From positions 288,001-352,000 of the forward strand of contig CBDUPA010000002.1 of assembly GCA_965368975.1 (NCBI GenBank): a DNA stretch of 64,000 nt, read 5' to 3'. Made by a program: the position numbers and the translations under genes. The notes under the pieces were generated by a model. The model was not told the DNA's origin. It made no database searches and saw only the letters and a program-made list of their open reading frames with translations. Positions 18,487 through 28,362 of this stretch are shown piece after piece; positions within the stretch are counted from its first letter, which is position 1, and each line of letters opens with the position of its first letter. The stretch is from an uncultured bacterium. GTDB lineage: Bacteria > Acidobacteriota > Thermoanaerobaculia > Multivoradales > JAHZIX01.

Positions 18487-21400
18487 CTAGTGCTGCAGCG
18501 CTCGCTTGGACGGCGGTGGCGGCTCGGTACGCACCGGTACCGGGTTGGCCTCCAGGTCTTCGAGCAGCACCTCGACAGCCTTCTCCAGCTGTGGATCCCG
18601 CCCGGCCATGAAGTCCGCTGGTAGTAGATCGACTTCGATGTCCGGGGCGACGCCCTCGTTCTCGACCACCCACTCACCCTCGGGGCTGAAGATGCCCACG
18701 CGCGGTGAGTTGACGTAGCCACCGTCGATCAACTGCGGGTAGTCGAAGATGCCGATCAAGCCGCCCCAGGTCGTTTTGCCGATCAGCTTGCCGAGTTCCC
18801 GCCGGCGGAACATGTAGGGCAAGGCATCGCCACCGGAGGAGGCGAACTGGTTGATGAGCATGACCTTCGGGCCGAGGATCGAGCCGAGCGGCGAGTGGAA
18901 GACGCCACCGTCACGCGTGGCCCAGTAGCTGAGCAAGGGGCGATCGAGCAGATCGATGATGTAGTCGGCCACGAAGCCGCCACTATTGAAGCGCTCGTCG
19001 ACCACCACGGCATCGCGGTCCAGCTGCGAGAAGTAGTAGCGGGTGAAGAAACTGTAGCCCTGCCCAGCGGTGTTGGGCACGTGGACGTAGGCAATGCGAC
19101 CATCGCTCAGCTCTTCGACCTTCCGGTAGTTGGCCTCGACCCAGTCGAGCATTCGGAGGGCGTTGTCGCTGTACAGTGGCCGCACGCGGACTTCACGCGC
19201 ACCCTCGAAGGTTGGCTGGTCATTGACGGTGAGCGTGATCAAGCGATTCGCGGTACCGACGAACAGGCTGTAGGGGTTGGTCGGTGCTCTCAAGAGCCGA
19301 CCATCGACCGCCAGCAGGTAGTCACCTTCCCGCACGTCGATGCCGGGCTCGTGCAGCGGTGCGCGCTGGTTGTTCCAGGTATCACCCCGCAGGATGCGGG
19401 CCAGGCGGTAGTGGCCGCCCTCGAGCTCGAAGTCGGCGCCCAGCAAACCCACCGGCGGCGGGTCTTCGCCAGGCAGGTCACCACCGCCGACGTACGCGTG
19501 CCCGACTACGAGTTCAGCTGCCAGCTCAGTGAGCAAATAGTTGAGGTCGCTGCGGTGTCCGACGTGCTCGAGAAAGGGCTCGTAGCGCGCGAGCATCGCC
19601 GGCCAGTCCAGTCCATGCATGTCCGCGTCGTAGAAGAAGTCGCGGTGGATGCGCCAGGCCTCGCGCAGCATCTGCGGCCATTCGGCCCGCGGCTCGACGT
19701 AGAGCTGCGCGCCAGCCAGGCTCAGGCGGTCACCGTTGTCGGCGGCTCCGGCTGTATCCGCGATTACCCAACCACCTCCGTTGGCCAGCTGCAGCAAGGC
19801 CTTCGTGCCGTCAGCGCTCAGACTGTAGCCGTTGACACCACCACGGAAGCGCTCGCTCTCGCGCTTCTTCAGATCGAAACGCAGGAGGTCGTAGTGGGCA
19901 TTGTCGGTAACCGTCGCCGCGGCCCGGTCGGAGCTGCGGTAGAACAGCGCACCGCTGGCGACCACCTGAAGGTCCAGGTAGGCCCCAGCGGGAACCGGCA
20001 GGGGGACGATGCGTTGGTCGAGATTCTCGAAGTCGATCCGTACCTCCGGCAACGCGTCAGCACTCTCTGGCTCGGAAGCTTCGCCACCCTCCTGCGACGA
20101 CTCAGCACCGCGAATCGGCTCCTCGTCGCTCTCTGCGGCCAGTGGCGAGGCGACATCCTGACGCAGCACTGCCAGGTACAAGCCACGGTTCTCTGGGCGG
20201 TCGAAGGAACTCATGTCGAGCCAGGCGGCGTTCAGACCATGCTCGGCACTGAGCGTGAAGTAGAGGTACTGGCCGTCGCGACTGAACACCGCGTGACCGG
20301 CGTCACTGCGGCCGTCCGTCACCTGGTGCGTTTGACCACTCGCCAGCTCGTAGACAAAGACCGCCCGCAAGTGGTGCGGCAGCCGCTTCGTGTAGGTAAT
20401 CCAGCGACCGTCCGGGGACCAGGAAGGATCCAGGCCGCGCACCGGGTGCGTGTAGCCATCCTGATCAACCTCGATCGGTGCCGCCTCTTCGCTCTCGACG
20501 TCGAGTACATAGATGCGGCGGTGTTTGTCGGTGTAGAGAATCTTGCTGCCGTCCGGAGACCACGCGGGCTGGTAGTAGAAGGTCGGCTCGGCGCTCAGGG
20601 CCAGGCTACGCTGTGACCGCTCACCGCTGAGGTCGTCGATCACCAAGCGGTATTCACCCGAGGCGTCGGACAGATAGGCGACGTAGCGACCGTCCGGCGA
20701 CCAGGCGGGCTGACGCTCGTGACTGGCGGGCGCGTGGGTCAGATTACGCACCGAGCCGTTCTCCGCCGGCACACTGACGACTTCGCCACGAGCCGAGAAC
20801 AGCGCTCGTGCACCGCTGGGAGACAGAACGCCACCCTGCAGATACGGCCCCGCGGGAATCCAGCGCGCACGCGCCGAAGGCAGGTCCGGATCGATGTGGA
20901 CCATCAGCGGCTGTGACGTCCCGCTCGCCAGGTCGAATTCGTGCAGTCGACCGGCCTGCTCGTACACCAGGTGGTCACCATAGCCGTTCAGCCAGCGGAC
21001 GTCGTACCCCGTGTGCTGGGTCAGTTGCCGGACAGCCGCGCTCTCCGTGCCGCTGCTCGCTGCCGCGGCTGTAGCGTAGGCGAAAACGTTGACCGTGTAC
21101 TCACGATCCGACAGGAAATAAACAGTGTCACCGAGCCATACTGGGTGCATGTTATTGCTGCCCGCCGGCGGGATCTCTTCCACCGCGTAGGTCTCGAGGT
21201 CGAGCAACCAGATGGGCGGCATCAAGCCACCTCGGTGACGCTTCCAGGGACCGTTGGCAGGATCCGGCAGCTGCTGGTACGCGAGCCGCGAACCGTCCGG
21301 CGAGAAACTGGAGCGAAAGCCCCAGGGCAGTGGCAAGGGCTGCGGTAGTCCTTCACCACGGCCGATCAGGTAGAGCCGCGAGAGACCGCCTTTGAAGCCG

Positions 21401-21879
21401 CGCCGGGCCGAGTTGAAGAGCACGCGTCCATCGCGGCTCCAGCCGCGCACCGTATCGCTCTCCGGATGCCAGGTCAGACGCTCGGGTTGGCCGCCATCGA
21501 CACTCACCAGGTAGACGTCATCGTTGCCCCCATACTCGCCGGTGAAAGCAATCCAGCGCCCGTCGGGCGAGAAGTAGGGAGCGCTCTCGACACCCTCGTG
21601 CACGGTCAAGCGGCGCGGTGACGAGCCATCACGCTCGGACAGCCACAGGTCGCCGGCATAGACGAAAGCGAGGTGGTCGGCGCTGATGGCGGGCATCCGC
21701 AGCAAGAGGGTGCCCGTTTCTTCGACCTGGGCCTGCTGGGTGGGCTGGGCCTGCTGGGTGGGCTGGGCCTGCTGGGTGGACTGGGCCTGCTGGGTGGGCT
21801 GGGCACTGGTCTGAGCGCTCAGCAGGGGTACGGCGGCGAGGCAGAGCGCGAGAAGCGGGAGGGCGAGGCGGCGTTGCAT
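18487..21879 (-). CDS. Tricorn protease homologue (S41 family; propellers, PDZ, catalytic domain)
   Basis: LAFVYAGDLW, PD40-like WSPDG repeats, DERFNSGG, SSGGDALP, TWGGLIG and ENEGVAPD motifs. Confidence 0.95.
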   Translation of the reverse strand: MQRRLALPLLALCLAAVPLLSAQTSAQPTQQAQSTQQAQPTQQAQPTQQAQVEETGTLLLRMPAISADHLAFVYAGDLWLSERDGSSPRRLTVHEGVESAPYFSPDGRWIAFTGEYGGNDDVYLVSVDGGQPERLTWHPESDTVRGWSRDGRVLFNSARRGFKGGLSRLYLIGRGEGLPQPLPLPWGFRSSFSPDGSRLAYQQLPDPANGPWKRHRGGLMPPIWLLDLETYAVEEIPPAGSNNMHPVWLGDTVYFLSDREYTVNVFAYATAAAASSGTESAAVRQLTQHTGYDVRWLNGYGDHLVYEQAGRLHEFDLASGTSQPLMVHIDPDLPSARARWIPAGPYLQGGVLSPSGARALFSARGEVVSVPAENGSVRNLTHAPASHERQPAWSPDGRYVAYLSDASGEYRLVIDDLSGERSQRSLALSAEPTFYYQPAWSPDGSKILYTDKHRRIYVLDVESEEAAPIEVDQDGYTHPVRGLDPSWSPDGRWITYTKRLPHHLRAVFVYELASGQTHQVTDGRSDAGHAVFSRDGQYLYFTLSAEHGLNAAWLDMSSFDRPENRGLYLAVLRQDVASPLAAESDEEPIRGAESSQEGGEASEPESADALPEVRIDFENLDQRIVPLPVPAGAYLDLQVVASGALFYRSSDRAAATVTDNAHYDLLRFDLKKRESERFRGGVNGYSLSADGTKALLQLANGGGWVIADTAGAADNGDRLSLAGAQLYVEPRAEWPQMLREAWRIHRDFFYDADMHGLDWPAMLARYEPFLEHVGHRSDLNYLLTELAAELVVGHAYVGGGDLPGEDPPPVGLLGADFELEGGHYRLARILRGDTWNNQRAPLHEPGIDVREGDYLLAVDGRLLRAPTNPYSLFVGTANRLITLTVNDQPTFEGAREVRVRPLYSDNALRMLDWVEANYRKVEELSDGRIAYVHVPNTAGQGYSFFTRYYFSQLDRDAVVVDERFNSGGFVADYIIDLLDRPLLSYWATRDGGVFHSPLGSILGPKVMLINQFASSGGDALPYMFRRRELGKLIGKTTWGGLIGIFDYPQLIDGGYVNSPRVGIFSPEGEWVVENEGVAPDIEVDLLPADFMAGRDPQLEKAVEVLLEDLEANPVPVRTEPPPPSKRALQH
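21727..21804 (-). repeat. 18-bp tandem repeat (~4.3 copies) encoding (P/S)TQQAQ
   Basis: CTGGGCCTGCTGGGTGGG units seen directly. Confidence 0.95.
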
Positions 21880-21971
21880 GCAGATCTCCTTGCGGTATCG
21901 AAAGTCTGGGCTGCTCATTCTCGCAGATCGAGCGGCCCAGACGAAAGATACGTCGGGAGGTCGCGATCGGA

Positions 21972-24665
21972 TCAGGGCTGGCGCTGCTGGCGCACCGGTC
22001 CGAGTTCCAGCGCCGTGCGCTCCAGGCGCCAGAGTTCGCGTCCGCTGACGCCGTCGTCGGCACTGAAGTAGAGGTACTCCCCCGCCACCGTCAGCTGTTC
22101 GGGCAGGGACGAGCCGGCGCCCGGCACGAGGTCGCTGAGCCGCCGGACCCTAGCGCCGTCGCTGAACCACAGCTCGCGCCCCTGGCGGCCGTCGGTAGCG
22201 CTGAAGACGAGCCGGCCGTCGACCGCGACCAGGTGCTGCGGATGACTGCCCCGTGGTCCCGGCCACAGGTCGCGCAGCAGCCGGGTGCCGGCCGCCGTGC
22301 CGTCGCTGCGCCACAGTTCGACGCCGGTCGTCTCGTTGGCTGCGGTGAAGAAGAGGTGCTCACCAGCCACCACCGCTTCCAGCACATGGCTCGGCAAGCC
22401 GTCGACTTCGAGCTGGGACAGCACTGGCGTCGCAGAGCTGGCACCGGAGCTGGCGCGCAGCTGATCCCCCGCGGTGCCCGCGCGGGTGAAGAACAGCACC
22501 TGCTCTCCCAAGCGCTCCAGCAAGCGCGGATCGGAACCCGCTTGCCCCGGCACGATGTCGGCCAGGATGCGGGTGCCCAGGGGGGTCCCGTCGGTGAACG
22601 CCAGCTCGCGGCCGGTATCCGGGTGCTCCGCAGCCAGCACGATGCGCTCCCCCAACGGCGTCGACAGCAGCGTCAATTGATCCGGCGTCGCGAACAACGG
22701 CCCATCCGCGCCATCGGGACGGAGCGGAGCGGTGCCGTCTGTAGAGCCGTCACTGAGGATCAGCTGCCGGTGATCCTCCTCGCCACCGAACAAGGCGCTG
22801 AACACCACCTGGTCACCGAGCACCGTCAGCTCGCGTGGTTCGCTGGACAGCAGGAACGGCAGGACGCCGATGGAACCCATCCAGGAAGCGAGGTCCGCCA
22901 CTTGGCCCGTGCCGGCCGTGGTGTTGACCCACAGCTCCTGGTCGGTGAAGGACGTCGCCGCGAACAGCAGCATGCCGTTCAGCTCCGCGAAGGACTGTGC
23001 CTCGGAGAGACCTTCATAGAGCAACTCGACGTCACTGCCGTCACTACACCAGAGGCCAGCTTCAGCCGCCTCTGGACTGCTGTAGAACACCTGGTCACGA
23101 GCCGCGAAGAACTCCTGGACGTCGGCGGGAGTGGTGCTCAGATTCCAGGCTTGCTGGCCATCCGTGGTCCAGATTCCGGGAGCTGCCTCGCTGTCGGCGT
23201 CGAAGAACAGCAGATCTCCGAGGGCCGTGAGATGCCGCGGATCGGAGGAGGGATCGCCCGCGTGCACGTCATGCAACAGATCCGCCCCTGCAACGCTCGC
23301 CCACCAGGGCTCGCGACCTGTGTCCACGGCCTCGGCGGTGAACACGACGCCGGACGAGAAGCCGGTCAGATCCGCGGGTGCGGACAACCGCGCCACGAGA
23401 ACCGTGCCGGCAGCCGTGCCATCGGTGGTCCACAGATCGGCGCCTTCGACCACGAAGAACGCTCGATCACCGGAGGTCGCCAGAGACGAAACGACCGTCT
23501 CGGCAGTCGGCATCGACAGCGTCTCGATGAGACGGGCCGGCGCGGCCGGTTCCTGCAGCCAGAGCTCGATGGCGTCGAGGCGCTGCACCACGACAAGGAG
23601 CCCACCGTTGAATTCGACCGCCCCCCGATAGGGACCGACCGGCATACCCGTTACGCGCTCCATCCCGTCTCCCCGCACCTCGTACAAGCGCACCGGGGAC
23701 AGCGCGTTGGGACTGCGCGCGCTGACATACAAGCGCTCCCCCAGCGCGACGCTGAAGGACTCTTCGAGCAGTCCCGAGCAGAGCCCGAAACACACCTCTG
23801 CCAGGCGCCGCGAGCCGTCGACCGTACCGTCCGTGCGCCATGCCTCGAATCCGTCTCGACGATCGGGGCTACGAGCCGCGAACACCAGGTCGCCATCGAC
23901 CACGCGCGCCAAGTGCGGCAAGCCGGGCTGGAAGCGATCCGGACCGGAGAGCTGTTCCAACGTCTGGGAGACAGCGTCCAGCGTCCAGAGCTGGAGCTGG
24001 GAGAACGTCGAGGAGTGATGCAGCAGCAAATACAGTCGATCCGCCGTCGCGAGCAGGCGGTCTGTACCTGGAGCATAAGGATTCTCCGGCAAGTCCTCGA
24101 GTTCAACCGTACCTTCGCGGGTACCGTCGGTACGCCACAGCGAACGCGTCAAGTCAGACCGCCAGCTCAGCAGGTACAACTCGTCGCCGACTCCGACGGG
24201 AGCCGCTGCGCCCGGCCGGAAGGCATTGCAAGGTCCCGGGCAGATGTCGCGCACCAGCCGCAGCTCGCCGCCCGTGTCCAGGCTCCACAGCTCACGGCCG
24301 AAGGCACCGTCGTCGGCAAAGAAGTAGAGCCGATCGTTCCACACGGTCAATGCCTCCGGCTGAGACGCACAGCGTCCCGGACACAGGTCGTCGACCAAGC
24401 GCAAACCATCCGCACTGCCGTCCGTGGACCACAGCTCAATGCCGTAGCGAGGATGGTCGGCGGCGAAGTACAGGCGACCGTGGAATTCGGCACGCTGGAA
24501 GTCGTCGAGCTGCACCGAGCCTTCGTTGATGCCCTGCTGCACCAGGTCGGCCACCAGATGTGGCTGAGCGTCCACGGTAAGGCTGAAGACGAGCAGGGCA
24601 ACGGTCGAGACCGCGAGTGGGAGGAACGAGCTGGGAACCGGAAGGCAGGGACGAAGGAAGCGCAT
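21972..24665 (-). CDS. Secreted ELWxxDGT-repeat beta-propeller protein
   Basis: Signal peptide; repeated G-x-ELW-x-S/TDG-T/S units. Confidence 0.92.
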   Translation of the reverse strand: MRFLRPCLPVPSSFLPLAVSTVALLVFSLTVDAQPHLVADLVQQGINEGSVQLDDFQRAEFHGRLYFAADHPRYGIELWSTDGSADGLRLVDDLCPGRCASQPEALTVWNDRLYFFADDGAFGRELWSLDTGGELRLVRDICPGPCNAFRPGAAAPVGVGDELYLLSWRSDLTRSLWRTDGTREGTVELEDLPENPYAPGTDRLLATADRLYLLLHHSSTFSQLQLWTLDAVSQTLEQLSGPDRFQPGLPHLARVVDGDLVFAARSPDRRDGFEAWRTDGTVDGSRRLAEVCFGLCSGLLEESFSVALGERLYVSARSPNALSPVRLYEVRGDGMERVTGMPVGPYRGAVEFNGGLLVVVQRLDAIELWLQEPAAPARLIETLSMPTAETVVSSLATSGDRAFFVVEGADLWTTDGTAAGTVLVARLSAPADLTGFSSGVVFTAEAVDTGREPWWASVAGADLLHDVHAGDPSSDPRHLTALGDLLFFDADSEAAPGIWTTDGQQAWNLSTTPADVQEFFAARDQVFYSSPEAAEAGLWCSDGSDVELLYEGLSEAQSFAELNGMLLFAATSFTDQELWVNTTAGTGQVADLASWMGSIGVLPFLLSSEPRELTVLGDQVVFSALFGGEEDHRQLILSDGSTDGTAPLRPDGADGPLFATPDQLTLLSTPLGERIVLAAEHPDTGRELAFTDGTPLGTRILADIVPGQAGSDPRLLERLGEQVLFFTRAGTAGDQLRASSGASSATPVLSQLEVDGLPSHVLEAVVAGEHLFFTAANETTGVELWRSDGTAAGTRLLRDLWPGPRGSHPQHLVAVDGRLVFSATDGRQGRELWFSDGARVRRLSDLVPGAGSSLPEQLTVAGEYLYFSADDGVSGRELWRLERTALELGPVRQQRQP

Positions 24666-24738
24666 GATGGTGTCCTCGGGTTGATTTATGCCAAAATAGC
24701 ATAAAGAAACCACGAGTGCAAGAGGGCTTCCGAGGGCG

Positions 24739-27354
24739 TCAGGTACCGATGTGTCGTAGCCGCAGCAACGGACCGTCAGTGCTCACAACGCCCCGCAAGT
24801 CGACGTCACCGCGGATGCACCACAGGTTGTCTTCCTCCGGATCGAGCAAGACGTGGCTGACCTGCCAGCGTTGGGGGCCATCGGATCGCAAGTGCGTCAG
24901 GTGCGCTTGGCGGGCCCGCGGGTCGAAGACGATCTCGCCGTAGTCGGCCAAGAAAGGCGCCAGCGCCTCGGCGAAACGGGCATCGTCCCAGTGCGTTTCG
25001 GGATCGCCGGGATCCTGACGGATGCAACGGACCGCGTCCTCGTAGTTGCCATTCGACAGCACACGCACCAACTGGTGGAGCTCCGCGCGTAGGCGGGCAC
25101 GCAGCGCCTTCGGATCGTGCAGCAGTTCGAGCGCTTTGATCGCCTCCTCGGCAGCAGCCCGCTCCTCCTGGTCGCGGGTCGGTAGATCCGGATTGAGCAT
25201 CTGCTCCCACTCCTGCAACAGGCTGGAGTCGGTGTGTCCGAGCATGGTGCGAAAGAATGCAAGAACGTCATAGACGTCTTCTGTCTTGGCCTGCTCCGGC
25301 ACCGTCTGGCTCATCGTCTTGTACAGCTGGCTCAGGTAGCGCAGCAGCACACCTTCGCTGCGCTGCAGACCGTAGCGACGGATGAAATCCGCGAAGGCAT
25401 AGTAGTTGGCGTAGATCTCGTGACCGATGCCCTTGGTACGAATGTCCTCACCGCGCAGCGACGGGTGATGGCGCCGGAAGACCTCGAAGGTGCCGTGGAT
25501 GTACTCGGCATAGGGCTGCGGATAGCTGACGTTCTCCAGCCGCTCGATGCGCTCTTCGTAGTCGAACCCTTCGGCCTTGAGCCGGCCCATCAACTCGTCC
25601 TTGAGCTTGTTCTCCTGGGCATAGAGGATGACCCAAGGGTCCTCCAGAACCGCCTCGACCAGCGACAGCACCTCCAGCGAGTACTCGTCGCCCTCGGTTT
25701 CCAGGTGCTCGATGACGTCGATCAGGTAGAGAGCGAGCGCCTGGAAGAGTGAGAAATCCCACTGCAGGTCCTCGTTCAGCACCACCCACTGGTAGTTGGT
25801 GACCGTATCTTTGACCAGCTTGATGACGCCCGAGCGATACAAGGAACGCACCAGCAGGGCAGCCTGCGTGAGCAGTTTGTCCTGCTTCTGCGGCGGTTCG
25901 TGACTGCGCCGGATCAGGCGCCGCAGGGAGGTGAAGTTGTCGTCTTGCACGCCTTGTTCGGCGTCGCGCTGCAGCAAGTTGACGACCAAGCCGGCGGTGA
26001 TGCGGAAGCTAGAGCGCAGAGCTTCCGGCTGCCGCTCGATCAGCTTGTTGAAGGTGGTCTCGTTCCAGTCCACGAAGCCGCGCTGCGGCGGCTTCTTCTT
26101 GACCAGCTTCTTGCGCTTGCCGCTGGCCGCCGCCTTGCGCTCCAGCGCCAGGTTCTCGATCACGTACTCCGGCGCCTGGCAGACGACGCTGCCGGCCACA
26201 TCGAAGCCCCGGCGGCCGGCGCGGCCGGCGATCTGCTTGAAGTCACGCACGGAGAGGATCCGCGTCTTGCGGCCGTCGTACTTGCACAGCTTGGTGAACA
26301 GCACGGTGCGGATCGGGATGTTGACCCCGACGCCCAGGGTGTCAGTGCCCGAGATCACCTTGAGCAGCCCCTGCTGCGCCAGCTGCTCGACCAGCAACCG
26401 GTACTTGGGCAGCAAGCCGGCATGGTGGACACCGATACCGAAGCTCAGAAAGCGGCGGAACTCCTTGCCGTACGGCGAGTCGAAGCGGAAGTCGCCGATC
26501 GCCTCACGGATGCGCCCCTTTTCTTCCTTGGAGCACAGATTCATGCTGGTCAGGTTCTGCGCCAGCTCCGGGCATTCGCGCTGCGTGAAGTTGACCACGT
26601 AGATCGGATACTTGCCGTCGCGCATCAAGTCCTGCACCGTCTCGTGCAGAGGCGTCTCTCGATACTCGAAGTCCAGAGGCACCGGCCGATCCGTCGAGCT
26701 GACGATAGCGACCTCGGAGTTGGTCTGCTCCTCCATGCGCTCTTTGATCACCGCCGGATTGCCCAGCGTCGCGGACATCAGCAGGAACTGCGTATCCGGC
26801 AGGCTGATCAGCGGAATCTGCCAGGCGACACCGCGCTCGCGGTCCGAGTAGTAGTGGAACTCGTCCATCACCACATAGTCCGCGGACAGCTGCTCGCCCT
26901 GTCGCAAGACCATGTTGGACAGCACTTCCGCGGTGCAACAGCGCACTAGCGCCGATGCGTTGATCGAGGCATCGCCGGTCAGCATGCCGACGTTCTCTGG
27001 ACCCAGGTCGTCACACAGGGCGAAGAACTTCTCGCTCGCCAGCGCCTTGATCGGCGAGGTGTAGTACGACACCCGCTGCTCGCACAGCCCCTTGAAGTGA
27101 AATCCGAGCGCGACCAGTGATTTGCCGGAGCCGGTCGGCGTGTTGAGGATGACGTGCTTGCCCGCCATCAGCTCCAGCAGGGCTTCTTCCTGCGCCGGAT
27201 AGAGTTCGAAGCCGATATCCAGCACCCAGTCCAGGAAGAGATCCAAGATCTCGTCAGGATCGCGGGTGCCACCTTCGGGCACGCGGTCGAGCAGGGAGCG
27301 CACGAAGGTCGAGGTGGCGGAATCTTCGGAGGCGGCGGGATCGGCTGTGGTCAC
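24739..27354 (-). CDS. Ski2-like DEAD/DEAH-box helicase with DUF3516-type C-terminus
   Basis: TPTGSGKS, YTSPIKAL, MDEFH, MSAT and QIAGRAGRRG motifs. Confidence 0.92.
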   Translation of the reverse strand: MTTADPAASEDSATSTFVRSLLDRVPEGGTRDPDEILDLFLDWVLDIGFELYPAQEEALLELMAGKHVILNTPTGSGKSLVALGFHFKGLCEQRVSYYTSPIKALASEKFFALCDDLGPENVGMLTGDASINASALVRCCTAEVLSNMVLRQGEQLSADYVVMDEFHYYSDRERGVAWQIPLISLPDTQFLLMSATLGNPAVIKERMEEQTNSEVAIVSSTDRPVPLDFEYRETPLHETVQDLMRDGKYPIYVVNFTQRECPELAQNLTSMNLCSKEEKGRIREAIGDFRFDSPYGKEFRRFLSFGIGVHHAGLLPKYRLLVEQLAQQGLLKVISGTDTLGVGVNIPIRTVLFTKLCKYDGRKTRILSVRDFKQIAGRAGRRGFDVAGSVVCQAPEYVIENLALERKAAASGKRKKLVKKKPPQRGFVDWNETTFNKLIERQPEALRSSFRITAGLVVNLLQRDAEQGVQDDNFTSLRRLIRRSHEPPQKQDKLLTQAALLVRSLYRSGVIKLVKDTVTNYQWVVLNEDLQWDFSLFQALALYLIDVIEHLETEGDEYSLEVLSLVEAVLEDPWVILYAQENKLKDELMGRLKAEGFDYEERIERLENVSYPQPYAEYIHGTFEVFRRHHPSLRGEDIRTKGIGHEIYANYYAFADFIRRYGLQRSEGVLLRYLSQLYKTMSQTVPEQAKTEDVYDVLAFFRTMLGHTDSSLLQEWEQMLNPDLPTRDQEERAAAEEAIKALELLHDPKALRARLRAELHQLVRVLSNGNYEDAVRCIRQDPGDPETHWDDARFAEALAPFLADYGEIVFDPRARQAHLTHLRSDGPQRWQVSHVLLDPEEDNLWCIRGDVDLRGVVSTDGPLLRLRHIGT

Positions 27355-27411
27355 GGTGATGGGAAGGCTCCTTCTGAGCTGTGGAAGATGGCGTCAAGAT
27401 ATAGCACGGCT

Positions 27412-28362
27412 TCAGTCGATCGACGCGAGGAGGTCCGCCAAGCGGTAACCGGCCAGTGCTACGCGCCGCTCGGCGATCGCGGTGGCGGCGTCCAGGTAAC
27501 CGGACGGCAGCCGGGTTCCGCGATCACGATCACGGCTGACGCTCAGCGCGCCCTCCTGATAGGCAGCCTCCCGAGCCAACGGCAGGCTCTCGCGGCGAGC
27601 CCAGGTGTTCCAGGCGCGCGGATCGGAGCCCAGTTCGTCGAGCTGCGGTCGCCGATAGCCTCGCCGCAGTTCGGAGGCGAGCCGGCTGGCGTCGCGATAG
27701 TCGTCGCGGCGCAAGACGAGACCGTCCCACAGGGCGTGCAGGTTGGTGGTTCGCGTGCGGCTGTGCACGCGCACGTACATTTCATTGCCGCCCTTGTCGC
27801 CGTCCGGAAACTGACGCGAGAAGAACTGCACGACGTGCAAGGGCTGGTGGATGTCGCCCACCAGGTGCAACAGCCAGCTGAGAGCCACCGCTCGCTCTTC
27901 TGGGTCGCGGGCGCTGCTCAACGTGCGGAGGTTGGCGTCGAGCGCGGCGAGAATGTTTTCGTCATAGGGGTCGCGCGTGCGAACCGACGCCGGTTCTCCG
28001 GGGGGCTTGTAGGGCAGGTTGACGAAGTGCCAGCGTGTCCGGTGGTAGCGTTGGAAGTCTTCGTCGTCGCGAATGTCGTCGGCCCAGCGCGCGGCGAGCA
28101 TGAACAGACGTTCAGCACGTTGCTCGGCGTCGAGCCCCTGCAGCCTGGACTTCCAGCGCGAACGGAAGGCCGGGTGTTGTTCCAACAACGCAACCAGATT
28201 CGCCGCTGTATTGGCATCCCGCGCCGCCAGATCCTGGTAGGCGATGGCGCCCGTGACCATGTGTGTGGGGCGGTTCCAGGCCGCCGCGGACGTCGCCAGT
28301 ACACCGGCCAAGACCAGGACGGCACCGAGCGCCGCTAGTCGCTGGCTGAACGAACGGCACAT
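27412..28362 (-). CDS. Secreted S1/P1 nuclease
   Basis: Signal peptide then W...H, WADDIR, WHFVN, HLVGDIHQPLH, GGN, NLHALWD and AGYRLA motifs. Confidence 0.93.
   Translation of the reverse strand: MCRSFSQRLAALGAVLVLAGVLATSAAAWNRPTHMVTGAIAYQDLAARDANTAANLVALLEQHPAFRSRWKSRLQGLDAEQRAERLFMLAARWADDIRDDEDFQRYHRTRWHFVNLPYKPPGEPASVRTRDPYDENILAALDANLRTLSSARDPEERAVALSWLLHLVGDIHQPLHVVQFFSRQFPDGDKGGNEMYVRVHSRTRTTNLHALWDGLVLRRDDYRDASRLASELRRGYRRPQLDELGSDPRAWNTWARRESLPLAREAAYQEGALSVSRDRDRGTRLPSGYLDAATAIAERRVALAGYRLADLLASID

Noticed and set aside
22233-24704. Long antisense ORFs (e.g. 22233-24704, 18895-20616, 52254-53867, 45871-47241, 28410-29648, 349-1299)
   Set aside because: Shadow frames opposite well-supported genes, expected in high-GC DNA; no recognisable motifs.
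24739-28362. Helicase + S1/P1 nuclease as a defence pair
   Set aside because: The nuclease has a signal peptide and the helicase is a widespread housekeeping type; adjacency alone is insufficient.
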